From the NCBI GenBank assembly GCA_001643675.2, contig LSRY02000021.1, forward strand, positions 372,001-436,000: a stretch of 64,000 nt of DNA, in the 5' to 3' direction. This document shows, piece after piece, positions 36,401-46,153 of this stretch. Made by a program: the position numbers and the translations under genes. The stretch's first letter is position 1. The number at the start of each line of letters is the position of its first letter. Below the pieces are notes generated by a model. The model had not been told where the DNA came from. It searched no databases and saw only the letters and a program-made list of their open reading frames with translations. This DNA is from Monocercomonoides exilis PA203 (Eukaryota; Protista; Preaxostyla).

Positions 36401-39400
36401 GGTGAGCTGTCGATGGCTGACTGCTCGCTGAAATGTTCATCAAGTGGAAGCGCAGAATTTGGTTTTGGGTTCATAAAGATAAGTGGCGGGAGCCTGCTAT
36501 TGAATCGATTTTCCACAGCTTCACAAGTGACCTTTTGTTCTGCTTCGTTGATCACATTGGACGGATCAGGAGGATTTAGTTGCTCCGAATGCAATATGAG
36601 CAGCATCAAGAGGACGTCTGGAAATGGAGGATGCATTTTAATTGCAAAGAACAATTTGTTGGCAAGCAACAGAAACAGGGAGATTGCAATCGATGGATGC
36701 AGTTTCAGTGATTGCTGTGTTTGTGAGGAAGAAGGAGAGGGAGGAGGAGTGAGTGCTTGGCTGGGCGAAAATGATATTATGATTGTGAATGGATCGAGCT
36801 GTTTTGAGGAATGCCTTGCACAAAGTGAAGAAGGATCAGGTGGAAAAGGAGGAGGAATGTGCATCCGCTGTGGAGATGAATCTTCCTCTTTTGAAATACA
36901 GAATGGAGTTGAGTTCTCAAAGGTGAAAGGGAACAAGGCAGAGTTTGGGAAGGATGTGTTTGTCGGATGCGAGAGAGGATTTTTGCTTTCGCAAATGATC
37001 AATTCTTCTTCTTTTGGATTTTTTGATTCATCGGAATCGCCGTCAGATGCTTTGGCTTTGAGCGGGAGCGAAAATGGAAACTCTTTTCCAATCATTCCTC
37101 TGCATGTGTATCTCTGCAGTCTTCAGTCAGAAATTATCACAGGCAGCGACAATGGAGCTGATCATACCCGTTGCGGATTTCCTTCTTTTGCTTGCTTATC
37201 AATCGATTACTGTGTTGAGAATCGGATAAGCGACTCATTAAACAACATCAAAGTTGTTTCAAGATCAATAATTCAACAGGAAAATTCGATCTCTTTAACA
37301 CCAGTGAATATCTATTCCGAAGCGCTTGTGCCTGTTTCAGTTAAAGACACAGGCGGAGCAACACAGGATGGGCTGGTGATGTGCTCTTCTGCTCTTTTCC
37401 TCGTGAATCTGTTGTTGAATGTGCAGAGAACATTTTTGGCAACAAGAAAAGCCTTTCTTTTCTCTTCATCGTCGCTTTCCATTTCCAACTGTTGGTTGGA
37501 ATATTCCTCGGAAAATGTGAATGAGCCTGTTTCCTTCTGCGTGATCTATGTGAACAGCGGAGATCTGATGTTGAGTGGATTTAAAATGGAAGTGGATGTA
37601 ACATTCACATTTTCTCCAATTTGTGCCTGGAATTATAATGCTATCACAATAGAGAACAGCAACATAACTGGAACAAGGAAGATAAATGGAGATGGTGGCT
37701 GCTTATATATCCACGAAGTGAATGGAAATGAAAGAAGCATCACGCTCCAAAGATGCAAGTTCAGTGGTTCATGCAATGAAGAGAATGGAATTCGAGGGGG
37801 AGGAATCATGGGGAATGTTGGGAGTGGAAATACGTTGAGCGTGAAAAGCACAACTTTTGAGAACTGCATGGTGCCTTCCGATGGCAATGAAAACGGAGGG
37901 AAAGGATTAGGGGGTGGGATGTATCTTTGTTTGAACAAAAATGTCAAAAGCCTCGCCTTCGACAATATCAGTTTCAGTGGCTGCAATGCTTGGAAAGGAA
38001 AGCAGTTGTTTGTTGGTGGAGAAGATCTGAGCCAGATTGTTGGGGATTGGCTGGAGTGCTTCAAAACAGAAACCATCTTGGCTGAAGATATGATGGGACT
38101 TGAGAGAAGCACAACAAATCGAGAATTCCACATTCCGCTTGTGCTGTATTTCCGAGCATTTATGGAGCCTTGCTTCATTGGTGGAGCAGAGGGAAATGGG
38201 TTTGATCACACAGGATGTGGATTTTCTGATTATCCATGTGGAACGCTGCCGTATGGGGGTTTTGTGCGATTTGGGGATTCGAAGGCGCATCTGAGGCTCA
38301 CAGACCATTTCTGCTTTGCAGATGCGATTGTTTTGAGTTCGCAAGAAATGGACATTGAAGCAGAGGCAAACGGAACACTAATAAATGTGATGCCTGATGG
38401 AACAGGAGAAGGCGAGGGACTTGTCGAAACAAACAACGTTGTTTCATTCAGTGGAATAACATTCAATGTTTCGACAACATTCGCAGCAGAAGAAAGAAAG
38501 TGTCTGTTCCTGTGCAGTGGCTCAGCCCTTTCGCTTGTTGATTGCTCGGTGAGCGCTCAATCGAAGAAGATTGGCTTTGGATATGTGATTGTGAGGGGTG
38601 GGAGCCTCCATGTTCTGAGGGGAGTGCTGAACGAAATAGAACTGCTGGGAGCGCCAGTGGTTGAACTGAGCGGGAAGAGCAGCAGATGCACACTGGAGGA
38701 TTTGGAATGGAACAACCTAAAGACAGGATCAGTCGAAGGGCTGATTGCTTCCAAGTCCAGCAGTCATGTGGAAATGAAAAACTCGAAAGTGTCTGGACCG
38801 ACACAGTTTGGGAATCACGGGGTCTTCTTCGTTGAAGAATTGTCTTGTGCAACAGTTGAAAAGAGCAACTTCAGTCTTTTGACGAGGAACGAAGGAAACG
38901 GAGTGGTGGTTACGGGGAGAGTTGGAAGTGGGAAGAGTTTGAATGTGAATTCTTGTTCATTTACTTCAATCAGCTGCTTGGCGAGTGGTTCGAAAGGAGG
39001 AAGCATCATCACAACTCTGTCTGCCAACGGGGAGCTGCTGTTCAACAACAACACAGTTGAAGAGAGCAAAGTGAAGAAAGCGGATGGGCTGGGAGGAGGG
39101 ATGCACATTGAATTTTTGAGCAGCGAGGTTGGATACTCGATGAAGAACAACAAATTTCTGAGCAACGATGCGATGCTGGGATACGATGTGTATCTTGTGT
39201 GCCCCGCACCGCGAATGATGATCGACCGAAACAAGTGGGCAGGGTCAGCCACAGAAGAGCAGGAGGAGAAAACGATGTGGGTGATTGATCCATTGTTTCC
39301 AGAGGGATCAGACACGCTTCTGAAGTATTTGTTTCCCAGTTCTGACGAAATTATATATGTGAACACATTCAATGGCCACGCAGACGGCTGCGGCGCTGAA

Positions 39401-42400
39401 GATTATCCTTGCGAGGAGCTTTGGTACGCTTCTGGGAAGATGACAGAGGAGAAGCGCATCTTGCGAGTTCTTTCTTCTTGTGAATTGAGGGGAGCAATAG
39501 AGAAGGAAAACGTGCCGATTACAATTGAAGGGAAAGGAAAGGACAGGAGTAGGGTGATTGTGGGGAAAGAGGGGCATTTGAAGATGGCGGTTGGCGCTGC
39601 ACTCACGACGCTGACGATTTCGAGGATTGGATTTGAGCTGCCGCAAATATCAGATTTCAGCGAGCTCGTAGAAGTTGGTGTGGGCACAACATATTTTGTG
39701 GAGTGCACATTTGGGAGCACCGATCCGGAAGCATGTGCGGAGACAAGCATGCGGATAATAACAGGGAGAGGAGGAAGGATTTCGTTGGATGGAGTGAACA
39801 TAAAGAACATGAAATATAAAGCTGATTGCGGAATCTTTCTGAGTGGAGAGGTTGTGTGCACTTTTGATAATGCCGAAGTGAGCAACATCCGATCAAGCGG
39901 AAAAGGAATGGTTGTTGGAGAAGGCAGAACTGAGATTTTTCTGAATGTATTGAGAAGCACAAACTGTTCATTTGGGAAAGGCGGATTTGTTGTGCTGAAG
40001 AAAGTGAAGACCCTGAACTGGAAGAATGGGACGAGCATAACAAACAGCAGGAACGAAGGAGGGAACGGTGGGTGTGGGTTTATTTCAGTTGAGGGAGAAT
40101 GCGATGCTCAGATCAACGGGACAAGCATCTGCTTGTGTTCTGCAAACGAGGATCATGGACGAGGAGGCGGGTTGTATTTGGACATTTCAAAGAATCCCCT
40201 GCTGAACATTCAACTGTCAGAAATAACATTTGCAGGCAATTGCGCCTTCGAAGGGAAAGACATATTTGTTTTGAGTACAGATGTTAATGCATCTGTTGTG
40301 AGAGAAAGATTCATGTTTCAGCTGCAGAACGAGAGAAACGAAAGCACTGTTGATTTGAAAGGCACAGATGATGCTTTGTTGGGCGGATCTGTTGTTGATC
40401 TTCTGCTATTCTTGATCCAAAGGAAGGAGAGTTCGATTGCTGTTTCAAAGAGCGGAATGGACATTTTGGGGTGTGGAAGTGCAGAATTCCCTTGTCTGTC
40501 GTTTTGGAGAGGATATGAAAACATCGATTTGGAAGCACATGATCGAGTGATTCGAATTGATTCAAGGGGAAATATCAGGAACCATTATGATCTCTCATCG
40601 TTCAAAGTGATGTCCAACAAGGCAGATGAGAAGTGTGTGGTGCTGTTCGAGAATGCCCTGGAAGGAGGTGAAGAGAAGTCAGTCATCCGAAACACAAAAG
40701 AGCTGAAGTTGGAATTGGTTCAGCTTTCGCTTCCTTCATCATTCACAAACAACGAAAAAGTTCTTCTCCACTCTTCATCAGCGGATTCATGCCTTTCGCT
40801 CAATGGATGCACCTTCAAGTGCAGCAGCGCATCAGACTTGGAGTTTTGTCTTATTCGTTCTGAAGCGGGTGACGTTCAATTGCTGAATTGTGATTTTTCT
40901 TCACTATCTTTTTCATCGACTCCTGTTCAGCTGAATTCTTCGTGTGAAATAATCGGATGCAATTTCTCATCGATATCTGCAAAGTCGAGTCAAAAGGGAG
41001 GAGCTGTTTGTGTGGAGCTGGTGGGAGAAGCGACATTTTCGATGAGCCAAACAGAAACGGTTGGCTGTGGGTGCTCTGAAGAACATGGGAGAGGAGGGTT
41101 TGTGTTTGTTGAATGCCAAGGTGCCTCAATGAGTAATCCTTTTGTTTTTGGAGAGGATGTTTCTTTTGCTGGCCACAAGGCGCAGAGAGGGAAAAACGTA
41201 TTCATCTCGGCAGGGGATCTGAACAAAAGTGTGACGCTGTCGTCATTCTGCTTTGACTTCAGGAAAAGCAGAGAAGATGAACTGCTGTTTTGTGGGAGGG
41301 ACTTTGTCTGGGAAGACACCACGCTTCTCCGTTTCTTGGAGACATTCACAAACCAAACAATATTTGTGGGATCTGGTGGATACGACGTGATGAGATGTGG
41401 AAGCAAAGAGGATCCGTGCAGGAGCATGTGGAAAGGGATGAGGCAGATAGACGAAGGTGCTCCGCAGAAGTGGATTAAAATAGCCGATGAGACGACTGTT
41501 CAGGATTCGTTTGTGCTCTCAAACTTTACAATTGAATGTGATGAGACAGAGGAGCAAAGTCGAGGAAAGCTGATATTTTCGAGCCAGACAGCAGACAGGA
41601 ACGATGCAGGAATAAGCAGCGAGGGGACTGTGCAACTGAACAGGATTTCAGTTGTGATGTCGGAAGGCTTTTACAACGAACGACTGTTTTGTATTGTTGG
41701 AAAAAGTGGGCAGATTGGGATGAGCGATTGCTCGCTTGCTGCCGAGACACGCGAAGCTGTTCCAGCGAAAGTTGGCTTTTTGGTGATGGAAAGTGGAGTG
41801 TTGAATGCTACGAAGCTGACGGTTGAGAATGTGATTTCAGAAATTTGTGTGCTTGCGATAAATAGCAGATGCGTTTGTGTGCTTCAACAAGTCATGGCTT
41901 CCAAATGCACATTATCTGGTGAAAGTTTTGCTAAAATAGTTTCAAGTGGAAATGAAAAGGAGAATGAAGTTGAAAGTTCAGTTTCAATCAAGGACTCAAC
42001 GTTCCAGTTGATCACCAGGAATGATAACGGGCCTGCAATTATCAGTTCTTCAGGCTGCGCTGCGGTGCTATCACTCAGCGGATGCACATTCGATTCATGT
42101 AAGGCGGTTTGCTCAGAAAAAGGTGGAGGTGTTTTTGAAGAGCTTGAGAGTGGAGGAGCTCTATCAATGATCAAATCATCAGTGATTCAGTGTGGGTGCG
42201 ATAACGACAACGGAAAAGGAGGAGGGATTTATATATGTTCCAATTCTGGAGGCGCACTATCATTTCTGTTTGAGAAGATGACATTCAAAGGAAACAGTGC
42301 GAAAGTGGGGAATGACATTTTTGTGGAGTGTATTGACATTGAGAGTCAGATCAACGAAACACAGTTCCGATTTGACTTGAGAGAAACAGCATACGCGCGG

Positions 42401-45067
42401 TTGAATGCTATTTACGGAATCGATGCCACAAACCACAAAAGTGACACGAATCTGATGGACTTCATCACTATCCACCAGGCAGACACGATTATTCTGTCAT
42501 CAGATCCGTCGAAGAATGGGAAGAACGAGAGGCAGTGCGGAACGCTGAAGCTTCCGTGCCTGACAGTGGATTATGGACTGGAACACTTGACGAGCGATGT
42601 GGAAAGCAGGCTTCTTGTGGATGTGGAGACGCTTGTCGAAAAGGAGATGGATCTGGAAGATTTGTCAATGGCTTCAAGGAAGGACCATGCTTCGAAAGTC
42701 ACGATATTTCGTGATATTCCGCAAACAAGAGCATGCGTGATATCGATGGTTGGAAGCGTTTCTATTTTGAAGATTGAGTTTTCTTTTGAGGTTGGATTTT
42801 CGTCTGCACATCGCAGTTTGTTTTCGATTGAATCAGGAAACATGAGCTTTCAGTTGTGCAGCTTCACACAACTGCAAGAAGAAGGAAATATTCAATCCGT
42901 TGGACTGACACTTATCTCTGTTGAAAACGGAAATGTGAGAATTGAGAAGACAAGCATTCGCGGAATTAGTCTTTCTGGTGAATCAGCGATTCGAATCATG
43001 CATTCAGAAGGGAGAGTGGCATTGTCTGAGATGGAAGTGAGAAACGTTGACCTGAGCAAAGGTGTATTCATTCTTATTGAAGGAAAGGCATCTTTGGACA
43101 AACAAGCAAGAAATGGAGAAGAGAAATCAGTTGATATGAAATCAGTTGAATTTGGAAATGTTTCATCTGGAAATGCAGAGAAAGGGGTTTATGCATGCTC
43201 GCTGTTTGAGGGAGAAATTTATTTGGCAAATTGCTCGTTCTGGAAGACAAGCTCGAGAGCAGAAAGAGGAAGTGTGATGAGTGTTGAGAGATGCAGCAAT
43301 GTGACGCTGGAATGGAATAAATTACAAGGGGAGACAGGACAAACAAAAAAAGAAAAAAGCAGAAAAACAGAAGAATTATGCAATTGGAACGGATCGCTGA
43401 TTGACATGCAGAAGAGCAGAGTTGTAATGAAGGAAACAACGATTGCGAACAGCTCGGAGGGAGGAGCAAGTATTGAAGGAGGAAGTGTTGTGATTGAGAA
43501 AGGCGAGTTTGCAAATAACAACCCGATGATAACAGGATATGAGTCGGCGCGAAGGAATGTGGTGTGCCAAGGGATGGGAAAAATGGATTTCATGAGCGTG
43601 AAAGGAGGGGAAGGACAGGAAAAGAATGGATCGTTGTGGATCCTTAACAAAGGGTGCACACTCAGCGGAATAGCGGAAGAAAGAAGATCACCTTTGTTTA
43701 TCCCTTCATTGGAAAGCGTGATTACGGAAGATGAAGGAACAGAATTGAAAGTGCTATTCAAAGGACAACTTCTTCTCCCATGTAACCTGTCGTTTCGAGC
43801 TTCGACGACCATTGCATCCAAAGTTTTAGTGGAGCAATACGAGTTTTCTGTGGAGGGGCTTGTCTCGGAAGGTGAAGCCTGGGGGAAAATACCATCTAAA
43901 TCTGTTAGAGAAGCAGAGGAGGAATCAGAGGTGAATGTTTCAATACTGTTTGGTGATAAGGACGCACCATTGTCAACAGAAGCAATAACATTAAAGAACA
44001 AAAGCAAAGTTCAAACTGCTGAAGATGGCAATGCTGTTGAAGCCTCGCATAAAACTGAACTTTCATGGGCTGTAATGGGATTAATTATCTTAGCAGTCAT
44101 TTTTCTTATATTCTTAATTGCTTTTTCAGCTATTGTAATTATGCTTCGAAAGAAACTGAAGGAAATCGAAAAGAATGTTGAAAAAGGAAGATCGGAAAAT
44201 GAGCATATGACGGAAAATCCGGAAATGAAAAGTGAGAATTTTGGAGGAAGCTTTGAGATGAGTGAAATGCCATCAACATTACTGGAAGGGATGACAAGTC
44301 AGATTCCTCTTCTCATTGACAACGATGAAGAAGATCTTCCAGAGCCTCCTTCAATGACTGATGAAGATCTGAATGAAAATGATCTTCCAGATTTGGAATC
44401 ACAGTTGCCATTTTCTGAGGACACTTCTGTTTCATTGGTATCTCAATCTCATTCATTCAATGTCATATCAGCAAAGAAGCCATTTCGAGAGAAGGAGAAA
44501 AAGAACATCAAAACATTGCATTCGGTGATTCATTCAGTTCAAGGTAATTTCACGCTGGGAACAAGAGCGATCAATGTTGTTGATGGGAAGGAAGTGGTTA
44601 TGGCAGTTGCAAAGCTGTTTGAGCATTTGATTTCTGTTAGAGACGAAAGGGTAGAAATGATGGTTAGACAGTTGTGTCCATATTCAATCTTTGTTGAGGA
44701 AGGAAATGAAAATGAAATCTACGTATTGACAGAGGAATCGAAAGATGAAAAGCAGAAGGAAGAAATGAAGCGATGGAAGGCGCCAGAAGTTGGAAATGAA
44801 GATGAAGAAATAGAAAAAGCAGTTGTTTTCACACTTGGACTGATTCTCCATGAAATGACAACAGGAGAAGTGCCTTTGAGTGAGTGTGATGCAGAGGAAG
44901 CACAGGAGATGATGAGAGATGGGGTGCGACCGCTGACAGAAGGGATCGAAGAAGAAGAAATGGTTGAATTGATGGAGCAGATGTGGGCAGACGAGCCAAA
45001 CGACAGACCAAAATTGACAGAAGTAATTCAATTATTGAAAGAGTTGTTCGAAAAAAAAGAAGAGTAA
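33458..45067 (+). CDS. Giant intronless single-pass membrane protein (3869 aa): Cys/Gly-rich repeat ectodomain, TM helix, degenerate kinase-like C-terminus
   Basis: Eight CGxxxx(P/A)C motifs about 310-390 aa apart; many GGG/GG[AI] beta-helix-like motifs; TM WAVMGLIILAVIFLIFLIAFSAIVIML; kinase C-lobe motifs RWKAPE, VFTLGLILHEMTTGEVP and WADEPNDRP. Confidence 0.88.
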   Translation: MPTLTKLKFSNIFFFFVGILQFLECNNSHNLTRNERIGISSLFIHASIEQNLFEKNQFMREKCSDRSQITHSEGININVVPCQTCVVSHLASFNSTISVFCIQFSCELEKAVVSLFGKSAFFVSNCILSSPKQFRNGLIHSYEANICICNLSLVQSHSSVFLPSLISFPPTNIVREHQSCIEIRDTSLSSFSLFNSNPLIQSSMNNIITIQSSSFQNISQQQPKSNIFVEHNASFTMSSCIVSTVSNPTEGCIVPKVSGGSLNLLNSTFVRCSKTIGSKINHTTTEDILVDNCLYENVRGVIITHNSTGSAIIKNTDFRNSTNCQCIWAISYQFFKSINNAFNSVRTTSYASCIHPCQGNGPLTIQNNNMTNCESKWGGGCFHIHTGFSNADLISDCTFSNCYTTETSTQCNGGGAVWNGEGAKVSYSNVAFENCCANATYGGAISFASRETAYTHYSSLFYCLFIECDAFGDGKDIYAANPWQNILNESQFVLCCTNKHLEANRLVFAEKGDKSSWIGNLGNIYADVHGTDTLGCGWAKFPCLTIFNSVEIAVVASKGSPVFINIAAGSYVERALAIDSKCLSFEGSSNFGTELSASSSNSKALFQISTGCATLFDLFIIRNSSASTFLPLFSVSSASGELVLSSCKISSEPSQITPFATAFASISAGHLNMSKTTVESMMFSDVSALRIESSTLHCFTFENTTFRGITRNEGSGSVFDVTLTSGDELNLNDLNFERCACSKGNGGSLNCILEAGGKVTIGSTKRIEMEGCTVPQDRINKGKGGGIHLQLTGSSSDFAIQETSFYGCAAWKGNNVFVDAISLSSTITRGTFRFTQTGMSDDDLMGFEDQCRTDPVPLLAYLQAFTGTAVVGGSKSRDFSGCGTANYPCGSIEYAATLRFPRSKRVVALNQNFEWTEVLVFDVYEWEVKSPTRGQETKVSSEGTSTAEGMVTVEIESLIANLTFSAADQLGRHSCFILCQCGELSMADCSLKCSSSGSAEFGFGFIKISGGSLLLNRFSTASQVTFCSASLITLDGSGGFSCSECNMSSIKRTSGNGGCILIAKNNLLASNRNREIAIDGCSFSDCCVCEEEGEGGGVSAWLGENDIMIVNGSSCFEECLAQSEEGSGGKGGGMCIRCGDESSSFEIQNGVEFSKVKGNKAEFGKDVFVGCERGFLLSQMINSSSFGFFDSSESPSDALALSGSENGNSFPIIPLHVYLCSLQSEIITGSDNGADHTRCGFPSFACLSIDYCVENRISDSLNNIKVVSRSIIQQENSISLTPVNIYSEALVPVSVKDTGGATQDGLVMCSSALFLVNLLLNVQRTFLATRKAFLFSSSSLSISNCWLEYSSENVNEPVSFCVIYVNSGDLMLSGFKMEVDVTFTFSPICAWNYNAITIENSNITGTRKINGDGGCLYIHEVNGNERSITLQRCKFSGSCNEENGIRGGGIMGNVGSGNTLSVKSTTFENCMVPSDGNENGGKGLGGGMYLCLNKNVKSLAFDNISFSGCNAWKGKQLFVGGEDLSQIVGDWLECFKTETILAEDMMGLERSTTNREFHIPLVLYFRAFMEPCFIGGAEGNGFDHTGCGFSDYPCGTLPYGGFVRFGDSKAHLRLTDHFCFADAIVLSSQEMDIEAEANGTLINVMPDGTGEGEGLVETNNVVSFSGITFNVSTTFAAEERKCLFLCSGSALSLVDCSVSAQSKKIGFGYVIVRGGSLHVLRGVLNEIELLGAPVVELSGKSSRCTLEDLEWNNLKTGSVEGLIASKSSSHVEMKNSKVSGPTQFGNHGVFFVEELSCATVEKSNFSLLTRNEGNGVVVTGRVGSGKSLNVNSCSFTSISCLASGSKGGSIITTLSANGELLFNNNTVEESKVKKADGLGGGMHIEFLSSEVGYSMKNNKFLSNDAMLGYDVYLVCPAPRMMIDRNKWAGSATEEQEEKTMWVIDPLFPEGSDTLLKYLFPSSDEIIYVNTFNGHADGCGAEDYPCEELWYASGKMTEEKRILRVLSSCELRGAIEKENVPITIEGKGKDRSRVIVGKEGHLKMAVGAALTTLTISRIGFELPQISDFSELVEVGVGTTYFVECTFGSTDPEACAETSMRIITGRGGRISLDGVNIKNMKYKADCGIFLSGEVVCTFDNAEVSNIRSSGKGMVVGEGRTEIFLNVLRSTNCSFGKGGFVVLKKVKTLNWKNGTSITNSRNEGGNGGCGFISVEGECDAQINGTSICLCSANEDHGRGGGLYLDISKNPLLNIQLSEITFAGNCAFEGKDIFVLSTDVNASVVRERFMFQLQNERNESTVDLKGTDDALLGGSVVDLLLFLIQRKESSIAVSKSGMDILGCGSAEFPCLSFWRGYENIDLEAHDRVIRIDSRGNIRNHYDLSSFKVMSNKADEKCVVLFENALEGGEEKSVIRNTKELKLELVQLSLPSSFTNNEKVLLHSSSADSCLSLNGCTFKCSSASDLEFCLIRSEAGDVQLLNCDFSSLSFSSTPVQLNSSCEIIGCNFSSISAKSSQKGGAVCVELVGEATFSMSQTETVGCGCSEEHGRGGFVFVECQGASMSNPFVFGEDVSFAGHKAQRGKNVFISAGDLNKSVTLSSFCFDFRKSREDELLFCGRDFVWEDTTLLRFLETFTNQTIFVGSGGYDVMRCGSKEDPCRSMWKGMRQIDEGAPQKWIKIADETTVQDSFVLSNFTIECDETEEQSRGKLIFSSQTADRNDAGISSEGTVQLNRISVVMSEGFYNERLFCIVGKSGQIGMSDCSLAAETREAVPAKVGFLVMESGVLNATKLTVENVISEICVLAINSRCVCVLQQVMASKCTLSGESFAKIVSSGNEKENEVESSVSIKDSTFQLITRNDNGPAIISSSGCAAVLSLSGCTFDSCKAVCSEKGGGVFEELESGGALSMIKSSVIQCGCDNDNGKGGGIYICSNSGGALSFLFEKMTFKGNSAKVGNDIFVECIDIESQINETQFRFDLRETAYARLNAIYGIDATNHKSDTNLMDFITIHQADTIILSSDPSKNGKNERQCGTLKLPCLTVDYGLEHLTSDVESRLLVDVETLVEKEMDLEDLSMASRKDHASKVTIFRDIPQTRACVISMVGSVSILKIEFSFEVGFSSAHRSLFSIESGNMSFQLCSFTQLQEEGNIQSVGLTLISVENGNVRIEKTSIRGISLSGESAIRIMHSEGRVALSEMEVRNVDLSKGVFILIEGKASLDKQARNGEEKSVDMKSVEFGNVSSGNAEKGVYACSLFEGEIYLANCSFWKTSSRAERGSVMSVERCSNVTLEWNKLQGETGQTKKEKSRKTEELCNWNGSLIDMQKSRVVMKETTIANSSEGGASIEGGSVVIEKGEFANNNPMITGYESARRNVVCQGMGKMDFMSVKGGEGQEKNGSLWILNKGCTLSGIAEERRSPLFIPSLESVITEDEGTELKVLFKGQLLLPCNLSFRASTTIASKVLVEQYEFSVEGLVSEGEAWGKIPSKSVREAEEESEVNVSILFGDKDAPLSTEAITLKNKSKVQTAEDGNAVEASHKTELSWAVMGLIILAVIFLIFLIAFSAIVIMLRKKLKEIEKNVEKGRSENEHMTENPEMKSENFGGSFEMSEMPSTLLEGMTSQIPLLIDNDEEDLPEPPSMTDEDLNENDLPDLESQLPFSEDTSVSLVSQSHSFNVISAKKPFREKEKKNIKTLHSVIHSVQGNFTLGTRAINVVDGKEVVMAVAKLFEHLISVRDERVEMMVRQLCPYSIFVEEGNENEIYVLTEESKDEKQKEEMKRWKAPEVGNEDEEIEKAVVFTLGLILHEMTTGEVPLSECDAEEAQEMMRDGVRPLTEGIEEEEMVELMEQMWADEPNDRPKLTEVIQLLKELFEKKEE

Positions 45068-45088
45068 TAAAGTTAAAAAAACTATTTA

Positions 45089-46153
45089 CCATCGTTCAGA
45101 AACCCGGGAATTTTTCAAAAACCCGGACTTTTTATAAAATTTCATATATCTCGACAAGTTTCAAAAAATAAATTATAATAATTCACGCATTCACACATCA
45201 GTATATAACACATCTAACCATATTGAAAATTTTATTTATTGCGCTGTATTTATGAAGAAATAAATAATTTTTATTTTTGAAAATTTGACTTTTAATGAAT
45301 TTTTCTATTTCAACAAAACGATTCAGTTCATCTTTTATTCATATAACTTATTTTTTCTATGTTATAAATAATTCTGGATCTTTTTCATTTTCGGCAATTT
45401 GCTCTTTCCAACGGAATGAAAATCTTTCATTTTCAAAAAATCACAGTCAATGGGATAACTGAAAAAATATTTTTTGCAAAACACAAAAACACCCAAGTGA
45501 ATTTAACATATGCATCAATAAATATGATAGTTATATAAAATTTCTTCATTGATGAAATTTAAAATGATACAGTTGGTATTTCGTTAACATAGATTGTTTT
45601 TATAATTGATGATTTTTTCTTATCATTTTCAATGATTTTTCCACCAAATTGTATTTTATGAAATACCAACTGTATCATTTTAAATTTCATCAATGAAGAA
45701 ATTTTATATAACTATCATATTTATTGATGCATATGTTAAATTCACTTGGGTGTTTTTGTGTTTTGCAAAAAATATTTTTTCAGTTATCCCATTGACTGTG
45801 ATTTTTTGAAAATGAAAGATTTTCATTCCGTTGGAAAGAGCAAATTGCCGAAAATGAAAAAGATCCAGAATTATTTATAACATAGAAAAAATAAGTTATA
45901 TGAATAAAAGATGAACTGAATCGTTTTGTTGAAATAGAAAAATTCATTAAAAGTCAAATTTTCAAAAATAAAAATTATTTATTTCTTCATAAATACAGCG
46001 CAATAAATAAAATTTTCAATATGGTTAGATGTGTTATATACTGATGTGTGAATGCGTGAATTATTATAATTTATTTTTTGAAACTTGTCGAGATATATGA
46101 AATTTTATAAAAAGTCCGGGTTTTTGAAAAATTCCCGGGTTTCTGAACGATGG
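45089..46153. mobile_element. Non-coding foldback element: two 494-bp inverted arms and a 77-bp spacer, TA-flanked
   Basis: 45089-45582 is the reverse complement of 45660-46153. TA at 45087-88 and 46154-55. Termini CCATCGTTCAGAAACCCGGGAA. Confidence 0.88.

Noticed and set aside
33700-45171. Antisense and alternate-frame ORFs up to 262 aa inside the giant gene
   Set aside because: No motifs; expected by-products of a long coding sequence.
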